Source: Desulfatiglandales bacterium
GTDB lineage: Bacteria > Desulfobacterota > DSM-4660 > Desulfatiglandales > Desulfatiglandaceae
Length of the DNA: 32,000 nt
NCBI GenBank assembly: GCA_963662465.1
Contig: OY759599.1
Span: forward strand, 4,005,403-4,037,402
Direction of reading: 5' to 3'
The notes beneath the pieces were generated by a model. It searched no databases. It worked only from the letters and a program-made list of their open reading frames with translations, and was not told the origin of the DNA. Positions 24,529 to 32,000 of the stretch are shown one piece after another. The stretch's first letter is position 1; each line of letters starts with the position of its first letter. A program made the position numbers and the translations under genes.

Positions 24529-25782
24529 ATGAAAGAAGTCGTCATTGTCTCGGCATGCAGAACAGCCATCGGTGCTTTTGGCGGAACCCTGAGGGATATG
24601 AACGCGGCCGTTATCGGAAGCATCAGCATGAAAGAAGCCATTCGCAGGGCGAGCATTGATCCCGGAATCATTGATGACGTCCGGTTTGGATGTTGCCTGG
24701 AACCGGCGGATGCCCTGAATGTAGCGCGGGTTTCGGCCCTCATGGCGGGCATCCCTGACCATGTGGCGGCGGTCACCATTAACCGTGTCTGCATATCGGG
24801 CATGGAATCGGTGCTGTCCGGAATGGCCATGATACAGGCCAACATGGCCGATATCATTCTGGCCGGCGGCACGGAACATATGTCCGGAGCCCCCTACACG
24901 GTTCCCGGGGCCCGGTGGGGCTGCAGACTTCAGGATCAAGTTTTCGTGGATTCCATGATTCATGCCCTTCACTGCGGTTCTCACCTGCTACCACACCCGG
25001 AAGAGGGCCCCGTAAAAGAAGGCATGCCCCTTGAACTCTTCAGGGGTAAACCCTATATCATGGGCCAGACTGCGGAACTCATCGCCCAGCTGCACAACAT
25101 CAGCCGGGAAGAGATGGACGAAGTGGCCCTCAGAAGCCACAACAACACCGAGCGTGCAACCTTGGAAGGGGACTTCAAGGATGAGATCGTGCCCATCGAA
25201 GTGCCTCAGAAAAAACGAAAACCCCCCATTATTTTTGATAAGGACGAACATTTCCGGCCCGGGATTACCCTGGAGCAACTGGCCAAACTCCCCCCCGCCT
25301 TCGTCCCCAAAATTGGAAAGGTCACTGCGGGAAATGCTTCCGGCATCAACGACGGGTCCAGCGCCATGATCATCATGAGCGCGGAAAAGGCTAAGGAGCT
25401 GGGCCTTGAACCCATGGCCAGGATCAGAGCCATCGGTCGCGGCGCCTGCCACCCCTCGGTCATGGGACTCAGTCCCGTACCGGCGGTAAAGGATCTTTTC
25501 AAACGGAATCCCGATCTCAAGCTGGCGGATTTTGAACTGATCGAAGTCAACGAAGCCTTTGCGGCCCAATACCTGGGGTGTGAAATTGAGCTGGGCCTGA
25601 ACCGGGATATCACCAATGTGAACGGGTCAGGCATCGGCCTCGGGCATCCGGTGGGTTCCACGGGATGCCGCATCATGACCACCCTGCTCTATGCCATGAA
25701 AAACAGGGGTAAAAATCTGGGGCTCGCCACCCTTTGCGGCGGCGGCGGCGTATCCATGGCCTGCGCCCTGGAGATGTGTTAG
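24529..25782 (+). CDS. Thiolase (acetyl-CoA C-acyl/acetyltransferase family)
   Basis: ATG 24529 with AAGGAG SD. VVIVSACRTAIG, NRVCISGMES (nucleophilic Cys), NGSGIGLGHPVGSTG and CGGGG. Confidence 0.95.
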   Translation: MKEVVIVSACRTAIGAFGGTLRDMNAAVIGSISMKEAIRRASIDPGIIDDVRFGCCLEPADALNVARVSALMAGIPDHVAAVTINRVCISGMESVLSGMAMIQANMADIILAGGTEHMSGAPYTVPGARWGCRLQDQVFVDSMIHALHCGSHLLPHPEEGPVKEGMPLELFRGKPYIMGQTAELIAQLHNISREEMDEVALRSHNNTERATLEGDFKDEIVPIEVPQKKRKPPIIFDKDEHFRPGITLEQLAKLPPAFVPKIGKVTAGNASGINDGSSAMIIMSAEKAKELGLEPMARIRAIGRGACHPSVMGLSPVPAVKDLFKRNPDLKLADFELIEVNEAFAAQYLGCEIELGLNRDITNVNGSGIGLGHPVGSTGCRIMTTLLYAMKNRGKNLGLATLCGGGGVSMACALEMC

Positions 25783-25809
25783 CCTTAAACGATTGTTCCC
25801 ACGCCCCGC

Positions 25810-26577
25810 GTGGGAACAAAAATCAAGCCATACTGGAGACGTTTGGTGGAAAAAGCATCCATCTTTCTCACCACCAGGGAGGCCATCCAAGCCATTATAG
25901 CGGATTTCCGCCAGTATGACCCCCAAATCATGCTCTTTTCCGGCATTATCAGTCTGATCACGGACAACAAAACCTATCTTAAACAACAGCGGGGAAAGAA
26001 CGGCGCATGGATCAACCTGCCCGGAAAGACCCACATGAAATGGTTGGCGGGTCCGGAACTGGTGGACCATATGTGCGACACCATCGCGCAAACCCGGTGG
26101 CATCCGGATCTGCTGGCCGACGTCTGTGCCCGGGTTTTTCAGTCCCGGGCAACACCTGAGATAGATGCCGATACAGGGAAAGCGGGCGTTCGCATTGAAA
26201 CCCATATGGAGGATTTCGCCTGCAAAAGATGCGGGTGCTGCTGCCGGTTCCTGGATTACCACAACGAGGTGACCGCCGGGGATGTGGCAAACTGGAAAGC
26301 GTCAGGCCGAAACGACATTTTAAAATGGGTGAATGAAATCAGACGGGACGGACGGATTCAGGGGTATCGTGCATGGGTCATTCCGGGCACGAGAACATTG
26401 GCGGAAATCTGTCCCTTTTTAGAGAAAGAACCCGGCGCCCCTCGATGGAAATGCCGCATACACGATGCCAGACCCGACATCTGCCGCCAATACCCCCTGA
26501 ACCGCAAGCATGCCGCCATGACCGGATGCAGGGGTTTTGAAAAAGGGTCGACCGACAAGCCGGCTTCGAAGAAATAA
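25810..26577 (+). CDS. YkgJ-family (CxxCxxCC) zinc/iron-chelating Cys-cluster protein with long N-terminal extension; start uncertain
   Basis: CKRCGCCCRF...CPFLEKE...CRIHDARPDICRQYP. The track's GTG start lies inside a 12-bp hairpin (25794-25820). Alternative starts include GTG 25846 (GGAG 7 nt upstream). Confidence 0.7.
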   Translation: MGTKIKPYWRRLVEKASIFLTTREAIQAIIADFRQYDPQIMLFSGIISLITDNKTYLKQQRGKNGAWINLPGKTHMKWLAGPELVDHMCDTIAQTRWHPDLLADVCARVFQSRATPEIDADTGKAGVRIETHMEDFACKRCGCCCRFLDYHNEVTAGDVANWKASGRNDILKWVNEIRRDGRIQGYRAWVIPGTRTLAEICPFLEKEPGAPRWKCRIHDARPDICRQYPLNRKHAAMTGCRGFEKGSTDKPASKK

Positions 26578-26594
26578 TGCCCGTTATCAAGCCC

Positions 26595-26641
26595 TTGACA
26601 ATTTAATCAACCGCCATTAGACTGGTCTGAAACTAGTCTAA
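26595..26641 (+). promoter_or_regulatory. Promoter plus operator-like inverted repeat for the phd / vapC operon
   Basis: TTGACA (26595-26600), 17-nt spacer, TAGACT (26618-26623). The inverted repeat TTAGACT (26617-26623) / AGTCTAA (26635-26641) overlaps the -10 and abuts the SD. Confidence 0.5.
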
Positions 26642-26652
26642 GGAGATGCCTT

Positions 26653-26892
26653 ATGGAAACGGTAGGCGCATATGAAGCCAAAACCCATTTGCCCAAGATA
26701 CTGGATCGTGTGGTCAAAGGTGAGCGTATCACCATTACGAAGCACGGTGTACCGGTCGCTATATTACAACCCCCTCATCTTGAAAAAAAGGTGGATACCA
26801 AATCAGTTATCCTTGCTTTACAAAAATTCCGTGATAAACACACGCTGGGTGGAATCTCAATTCAAGACATGATTGAAGAGGGAAGACGCTAA
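26653..26892 (+). CDS. Phd/YefM family antitoxin
   Basis: 79 aa. VGAYEAKTHLPKILDRVVKGERITITKHGVPVAIL is the typical Phd/YefM N-terminus. AAGGAG SD. Confidence 0.85.
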   Translation: METVGAYEAKTHLPKILDRVVKGERITITKHGVPVAILQPPHLEKKVDTKSVILALQKFRDKHTLGGISIQDMIEEGRR

Positions 26893-27306
26893 ATGGGCGA
26901 ACATTTTGTTGTCGATAATTCTGTCGTGATGTCATGGTGTTTTAAAGATGAAAACAACCATTACGCAGACATTGTCCTGAACAAGCTCATGGAAGCATCC
27001 GCCATCGTGCCGACCATCTGGCCCCTCGAAGTTGTCAATGTTCTGTTGGTTGCCGAGCGAAAAAAGAGGCTAACCCAATCCGACAGCATCCGATTTATAA
27101 CGCTGTTAAATCAACTTCCCATCTTTGTGGAACATGAACAAGCATCAAGGATGATGAAGGAACTCCTGGCACTGGCAAGGACCGGCAATCTATCGAGTTA
27201 TGATGCCTCATACCTGGATCTTGCCATGAAGAACGGCTGTCCAATCGCCACGCTGGACAAAAAACTCATCGAAGCCGCCAAAAAGATTGACGTCCCAATT
27301 TTGTAA
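26893..27306 (+). CDS. vapC: PIN-domain toxin VapC
   Basis: 137 aa. The ATG directly follows the antitoxin TAA. FVVDNSVVMSW... and YDASYLDLA are PIN acidic-residue motifs. Confidence 0.85.
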   Translation: MGEHFVVDNSVVMSWCFKDENNHYADIVLNKLMEASAIVPTIWPLEVVNVLLVAERKKRLTQSDSIRFITLLNQLPIFVEHEQASRMMKELLALARTGNLSSYDASYLDLAMKNGCPIATLDKKLIEAAKKIDVPIL

Positions 27307-27337
27307 CCGTTCACGGTTTACGGTTACCCAATTTTTT
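27303..27337 (+). terminator. Rho-independent terminator between convergent vapC and the OYE gene
   Basis: GTAACCGT (27303-27310) / ACGGTTAC (27320-27327) with a 9-nt loop, followed by CCAATTTTTTC. Confidence 0.6.
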
Positions 27338-27361
27338 CAGCCTGATACTTCTAATAAAATA

Positions 27362-28492
27362 TTATACTCTTCCGGAAGCCCACGGCAGGTTCCGGTTCAC
27401 TTTGCAGATCACAGGCCCCTTCCTGAGGGACGCAAAGCAAGCCATGCACTCCCGGCAGGGAATGATATCGCTTTCCTTCCCCGCCAGAATTTTGCCGGCG
27501 GATTCAGGATCGGCAATCATCTGCCGACCCACGGCCACGAGATCCATAAACGACCCCTCAACACATTTGGCGGCCATGGCATTTCCAAGCTTGCCCACGC
27601 CGATCACCGGAAGGCCCGTTGCTTCCCTGACCTGGGCCACAAAGGGAATGTTTGCGCCGGGAGGCTGTTCTTTTGAAAAAGCGGAAGCGGGAACCAGAAA
27701 TTTCCTGCCGTCCTCTTCCTGCAAGGAACCCTGCGTCACCAGCGACACATCCAGCGCATCCACACCCGCTTGCGCAAGACTCCGGCTGACCTCAAGGCCA
27801 TCTTTCAGGGTCTGCCCCCCTTCCACATGCTCCACCACATTGAAACGAAACAGAATGGGATAGTTCTCGCCGAGCTTTTCCCGAACAGCTTTGGACACTT
27901 CAATGGCCAGGGTTGCACGTCCCCCCGCATCTCCGCCATAGCGATCATCCCGTTGATTGCTAAGGGGGGACAGAAACTGGCTGATCAAATAGAAATGGGC
28001 GCCGTGAATCTCCACCCCATCAAAGCCCGCTTCAGCCGCTCGATCCGCCGCAACCGCAAAATCGGAGACCATGGCGTCAATCTGGTTGTGGTTCATGGAA
28101 AAGGGTGTTACATCGCCCCTCAAGGCGAACCCGGACGGTGATGCCCCCTGCATTTTTCCGCCGCCGGGAAACCCCCTGGCGCCTGCGTGGTTGAGCTGAA
28201 CCACCGCGGCAGCACCTGATTTTTGAATGGCACGGGCAAGGCGCGCCATTCCGGAGATCTGATCTCCCTCCCATAGCCCCAGACTGCCAGGGACGATGCG
28301 ACCGTCACGCCGCACCGAGGCAGCTTCCACAATGACAAGGCCCACCTCTCTTGCCCGCTCCTCATAAAATTGAATAACATTATCCGTAACGCGACCCTCA
28401 GGACTGCCGCAGTTCGTGGTCAGGGGCGGCAGAACCATGCGGTTGCGCAACCGCATTCCATTGATTGTCACCTTATCGTGCAGTGTAGGCAT
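27362..28492 (-). CDS. Old Yellow Enzyme family NAD(P)H:flavin oxidoreductase with C-terminal Cys cluster
   Basis: 376 aa. RNRMVLPPLTT, VEIHGAHFYLISQFLSP and DRYGG are typical of the OYE TIM barrel. The C-terminus carries C-x2-C-x2-C-x10-C (CRECMACFASLRKGPVIC). AGGAGG SD overlaps the end of the upstream kinase gene. Confidence 0.85.
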   Translation of the reverse strand: MPTLHDKVTINGMRLRNRMVLPPLTTNCGSPEGRVTDNVIQFYEERAREVGLVIVEAASVRRDGRIVPGSLGLWEGDQISGMARLARAIQKSGAAAVVQLNHAGARGFPGGGKMQGASPSGFALRGDVTPFSMNHNQIDAMVSDFAVAADRAAEAGFDGVEIHGAHFYLISQFLSPLSNQRDDRYGGDAGGRATLAIEVSKAVREKLGENYPILFRFNVVEHVEGGQTLKDGLEVSRSLAQAGVDALDVSLVTQGSLQEEDGRKFLVPASAFSKEQPPGANIPFVAQVREATGLPVIGVGKLGNAMAAKCVEGSFMDLVAVGRQMIADPESAGKILAGKESDIIPCRECMACFASLRKGPVICKVNRNLPWASGRV

Positions 28493-28506
28493 TACAATTA
28501 CCTCCT

Positions 28507-30948
28507 TTACTCACAAGACGCCTCATCATCCATCGCTTCTCTCACCTTACGGCACAGAGATTCAATCGTAAAGGGCTTCTGAATGAAAGATATATCCGAT
28601 TCCAGTATATGGTTTTGGGGCAAGGCCTTGTTCGGGTATCCTGACATGTAAATCACCTTCATTTTCGGTCGCAGGGACAGAGCCCGCTCCGAAAGCGCCT
28701 CCCCCCCCATTCCCGGCATCACCATATCCGTGAGCAGCAGATGGATATCCCCCTCGAACCTTCCTATCCACCGAAGGGCCTCTTCACCGTCAGCCGCTTC
28801 CAGGACTTCGTATCCCGCGCTCCGGAGGCCCCTCCCGGCCAATTTCCGAAGCGATGCATTGTCTTCCACCACCAGCACCACTTCACCGCCGCCTGATTCC
28901 TCATGGGAGGATTGCCTTTCCGGCGCCTCGGGGACAGTCTCCACCCCGGGAAGATAAACCTTCATGGTCGTTCCCATACCGGGTTCGCTGTACGGCAGGA
29001 CATAGCCCTTGCTCTGTTTGACGATTCCATATACCGTGGAGAGTCCCAGCCCCGTACCGGTTCCCCGCTCCTTGGTGGTAAAGAAGGGTTCAAAGATCCG
29101 GGCCTTGGTCTCCTCGTCCATGCCGCATCCCGTGTCCGTCACCGCCAGCATCACGTACTGCCCCGTGTCCCCTTCCACACCATGGGCCTGAAGATACACC
29201 CTGTCCAATTCCACATTGGCCGTTTCAATGGTCAACACTCCCCCCTGGCGCATGACATCCCTCGCGTTTACCGCCAGGTTCATGATCACCTGTTCCATTT
29301 GTCCCAAATCCGCTTTAACCTTCCACAGCCCGGGCGTCGGGACAATCCGCAGCTTGATATTCTCTCTGAACAGACGCAGGAGAAGCTTCTCCATATCGCG
29401 AACAACGGTATTTAAATCCAGAATCTCGAGATGGCAGGTCTCCTTCCGGCTGAAGGTCAGAAGCCGACGGGTCAGCACGGCGCCCCGTTCCCCTACCTTC
29501 TTGATCTGTTCGATATCACCGCGCAGATGATCATCCTTTGGCAGATCGGCCAACGCGAGTTCGGCGTTGCCGATAATTACCGTCAGCAGATTGTTAAAAT
29601 CGTGGGCCACACCACCGGCCAAAACACCGATGGACTCCATCTTCTGGCTCTGATAGAACTGGGCCTGCAATTTCTCACGCTCTTCTTCGGCCCGCCTGCT
29701 CTGGGTGATATCTTCGACGATACCCTTGTAATGCGTAATGTGCCCCTCATGATCCCTGACCATGTAGGTCCAATCCCGGACAATCTTCTCCGAACCATCC
29801 TTTGCCATAATACGATAGGGTTCGTGGAAGAACTCGTTCGTTTCTCTTTTGTTGCTGAATACGATTAACTCTTGGGTCACCCGATCGAGGTCCTCAGGAT
29901 GAACACAACGCGCATAATTCATGTCTCCGCTCATGAATTCCTCGACCGTATATCCTAAGAGCCGCTCAACATTTTCAGAAACAAAGACCACCGGCCACCC
30001 TTCCTGATTCTTCCAGGTGAAAGCCACGGAAGGACTTCGGTTGATGATGTCGTACGCTTCCTTCAGTGCCTTCTCAGCTTCCCTGCGCTCGGTGCTGTCC
30101 TGGATTGTCCCCATCAAGCAGGTTGCCATGCCATCGTCGTCATAGAAACTCTGGAACTTTTCATTGATATATCTGACGGTCCCATCCTTTTGCAACAAAC
30201 GATATTCGATATCGTATGGCGTTTTTTTTGATAACGATTCCGTGTGGGCCTTGCTCACATACGCCATGTCATCCGGATGAACAGCCACCATTAAAGCCTT
30301 GTATGAGGGATCGATCTCCCGGGGTTTCAGCCCTAAAATGCGGTAGATCTCATCAGACCATTTCAAAGTATTGCTTTTCAGATCGAGTTCCCAGTGCCCC
30401 ACATGGGCCAGTTCCTGGGCCTCCTTAAGCCTTTGTTCCGATTTTACCAGGGCTTTTCGTTCGTTCTGGAGTCTTTCCACCATTTCCGCAAGCTTACGGG
30501 TAACACTGGCGTCATACATGTCGAGCAGGATATCTTCACCCTCCAGGGGTCCTTCAGGAATCGGCAAAATTCCGTTTCGGTGTTCATTCAGCACCTCATC
30601 GAGGATTTGGATGAAGGTTTCTCCTTCGGCGGGTTTGATAACAAAACGGGACGCACCCAGACTCATGGCCAGGTTCTCATCCGTCTTCTCAACGAAGGTC
30701 GCCGTATAAAAGATGAATGGGATATTGCGAAGATCGGCGTCGTTCTTTACTTCGCGACACAGCCTGAATCCGTTCATGACGGGCATCATGATATCTGAAA
30801 TGATCACTTCAGGCGGGTCCCGACGGGCAAAGCGCAATGCGTCCTGGCCGTTTTCCGCGGCGGTAATGCGGTGGCCCCTGGATGCCAACAGTCGTTCCAG
30901 CATATAACGGCTTTCGGCATTGTCTTCAACGATCAGAATGTTGCTCAT
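28507..30948 (-). CDS. Hybrid sensor histidine kinase (REC-PAS-PAS-HisKA-HATPase-REC)
   Basis: 813 aa. N-terminal REC (IISDIMMPVMNG), PAS-like repeats, H-box GGVAHDFNNLLTVI, HATPase DTGCGMD...GTGLGLSTVYGIV, and C-terminal REC (LLLTDMVMPGMGG). Confidence 0.9.
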   Translation of the reverse strand: MSNILIVEDNAESRYMLERLLASRGHRITAAENGQDALRFARRDPPEVIISDIMMPVMNGFRLCREVKNDADLRNIPFIFYTATFVEKTDENLAMSLGASRFVIKPAEGETFIQILDEVLNEHRNGILPIPEGPLEGEDILLDMYDASVTRKLAEMVERLQNERKALVKSEQRLKEAQELAHVGHWELDLKSNTLKWSDEIYRILGLKPREIDPSYKALMVAVHPDDMAYVSKAHTESLSKKTPYDIEYRLLQKDGTVRYINEKFQSFYDDDGMATCLMGTIQDSTERREAEKALKEAYDIINRSPSVAFTWKNQEGWPVVFVSENVERLLGYTVEEFMSGDMNYARCVHPEDLDRVTQELIVFSNKRETNEFFHEPYRIMAKDGSEKIVRDWTYMVRDHEGHITHYKGIVEDITQSRRAEEEREKLQAQFYQSQKMESIGVLAGGVAHDFNNLLTVIIGNAELALADLPKDDHLRGDIEQIKKVGERGAVLTRRLLTFSRKETCHLEILDLNTVVRDMEKLLLRLFRENIKLRIVPTPGLWKVKADLGQMEQVIMNLAVNARDVMRQGGVLTIETANVELDRVYLQAHGVEGDTGQYVMLAVTDTGCGMDEETKARIFEPFFTTKERGTGTGLGLSTVYGIVKQSKGYVLPYSEPGMGTTMKVYLPGVETVPEAPERQSSHEESGGGEVVLVVEDNASLRKLAGRGLRSAGYEVLEAADGEEALRWIGRFEGDIHLLLTDMVMPGMGGEALSERALSLRPKMKVIYMSGYPNKALPQNHILESDISFIQKPFTIESLCRKVREAMDDEASCE

Positions 30949-31337
30949 GCAATCTCTCCTTTCAGCCGTTTGGTCAAAACGCTCCGCACCTGCTCAACAA
31001 AGAGGTCGGGATCGATCGGTTTCTCAATATACCCTTCACAACCGGCGGCCAAAACCGCTTCCCGGTCCCCTGCCATGGCATAAGAGGTAACCGCTGCAAT
31101 GGGAATCGATTTTGTTTCCATGCCCTGCTTCAGCCGCCTGGCCACTTCATACCCATCCATTACCGGCAACTGGATATCCAGAAGGATCAGGTCCGGTTGT
31201 TCGGAAACAGCCAATTCCAACCCCTGCTGCCCGTTCCGGGCCTGTATCACGTCAAACCCCTGTTGCTCCAGCATAAAGGTTTCCAGATAGATATTCTGTT
31301 CATTATCTTCAACGATGAGAATTTTCTGTTTCATCAT
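30945..31337 (-). CDS. Single-domain CheY-like response regulator
   Basis: 130 aa. ILIVEDNEQN...LILLDIQLPVMDG...KP. ATGA overlap with the downstream hybrid kinase. Confidence 0.9.
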   Translation of the reverse strand: MMKQKILIVEDNEQNIYLETFMLEQQGFDVIQARNGQQGLELAVSEQPDLILLDIQLPVMDGYEVARRLKQGMETKSIPIAAVTSYAMAGDREAVLAAGCEGYIEKPIDPDLFVEQVRSVLTKRLKGEIA

Positions 31338-32000
31338 TTTGTTCCTCCAGGTTCAATGGCAACGTGACGGTAACGGTGGCGCCTTTCCCCAATTGGCTCT
31401 TCACATCAATAGTCCCCCCCAATATATCCAGGATTCGCTTGCAGACGGACAGGCCCAGGCCGGTCCCTTCGTACCTGCGGGACGTCCCGGTATCGAGTTG
31501 TTGGAAGGGTTTGAAGAGCTTGTCCAGATCCTCATCCCTGATGCCGATGCCGCTGTCCGTCACCGCCACCTGGATGCGAGAATCCTGCCTGCGGCAAACG
31601 ATTTTCACAACGCCCTTCTCGGTAAACTTGATCGCATTATTGACCAGGTTAATGAAAACCTGCCGAATCCGGCGTTCATCACTGACCACCATCTCCACTT
31701 CCGGGGCAATTTCCACCGATAAGGTCAGGCCTTTCTGTTCCGCCATGGGCAGCAGCGATGCCGCGACCTGATTGACCACATTGCGGATACTGAATGGCTC
31801 ACAAGACACCTTCAGTTCACCTGCCTCGATCTTTGAAATATCCAGCACATCATTGATCAGATTCAGTAAATGGTGAGAACTCCCCTTCACCATTTTCAAC
31901 TGTTTTTTCTGCTCCAAATTCAATGGACCCACAAGCTCATTTAAAATGATGCCGGTAAAACCGATAATCGAATTGAGAGGGGTCCGCAGTTCATGCGACA
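31309..32000 (-). CDS. Sensor histidine kinase, 5' end outside window
   Basis: The frame continues upstream of the track's internal Met. Hand translation of 32000..31933 gives SHELRTPLNSIIGFTGIILNELVGP (H-box). HATPase DSGIGI...GTGLGLSVCKRI. Confidence 0.85.
   Translation of the reverse strand, partial: SHELRTPLNSIIGFTGIILNELVGPLNLEQKKQLKMVKGSSHHLLNLINDVLDISKIEAGELKVSCEPFSIRNVVNQVAASLLPMAEQKGLTLSVEIAPEVEMVVSDERRIRQVFINLVNNAIKFTEKGVVKIVCRRQDSRIQVAVTDSGIGIRDEDLDKLFKPFQQLDTGTSRRYEGTGLGLSVCKRILDILGGTIDVKSQLGKGATVTVTLPLNLEEQNDETENSHR

Noticed and set aside
25794-25820. 12-bp hairpin after the thiolase gene as a rho-independent terminator
   Set aside because: It is followed by an A-run rather than a U-run on the + strand, so it is not a classical terminator. 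It is reported instead as an unexplained structure in the YkgJ finding.
1-32000. CRISPR arrays, tRNA/rRNA genes, IS elements, integrases, phage genes
   Set aside because: I saw no spaced direct repeats of CRISPR size, no cloverleaf-like or rRNA-like sequence, and no transposase or integrase-like translation in any frame of the track.

Overview
The window holds about 33 protein-coding genes at high density. I found no rRNA, tRNA, CRISPR array, transposase or integrase. All calls come from reading the supplied ORF translations and the DNA by eye (motif recognition); no database search was run. The content looks like an accessory catabolic and regulatory region of an anaerobe. A Desulfobacterota-type host is a low-confidence guess from gene content only.

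Left to right, the window contains:
- A tetR gene overlapping (ATGA) an RND-type outer-membrane-factor lipoprotein. This gene runs off the left edge and is missing from the ORF track.
- A MazEF-like toxin-antitoxin (TA) pair.
- A family III CoA-transferase with DUF2752, membrane and LysM genes.
- A class-A beta-lactamase-like serine hydrolase.
- An HD-GYP response regulator.
- A VapBC pair next to about 560 bp of AT-rich non-coding DNA.
- A ThiF/MoeB-like E1 plus a GG-terminated ThiS/MoaD-like carrier.
- A three-subunit xanthine-dehydrogenase-family molybdoenzyme (FAD, 2Fe-2S, Moco) with a divergent iclR.
- A block of ubiD-family decarboxylase, AMP-forming acyl-CoA ligase, UPF0261 (Tm-1-like ATP-binding) protein and ubiX.
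- A divergent lysR coupled to mltG.
- A second family III CoA-transferase, a thiolase and a YkgJ-type Cys-cluster protein.
- A Phd/YefM-VapC pair.
- An Old-Yellow-Enzyme flavoprotein with a C-terminal Cys cluster.
- A phosphorelay of hybrid kinase, CheY-like regulator and a partial kinase.

Two candidates are most worth following up:
- The ubiD / ligase / UPF0261 / ubiX module beside a non-canonical XDH-family enzyme. It may be an aryl-carboxylate CoA-activation and (de)carboxylation system with an uncharacterised ATP-binding partner.
- A set of different tandem heptamer arrays sitting immediately upstream of ribosome-binding sites inside that cluster.
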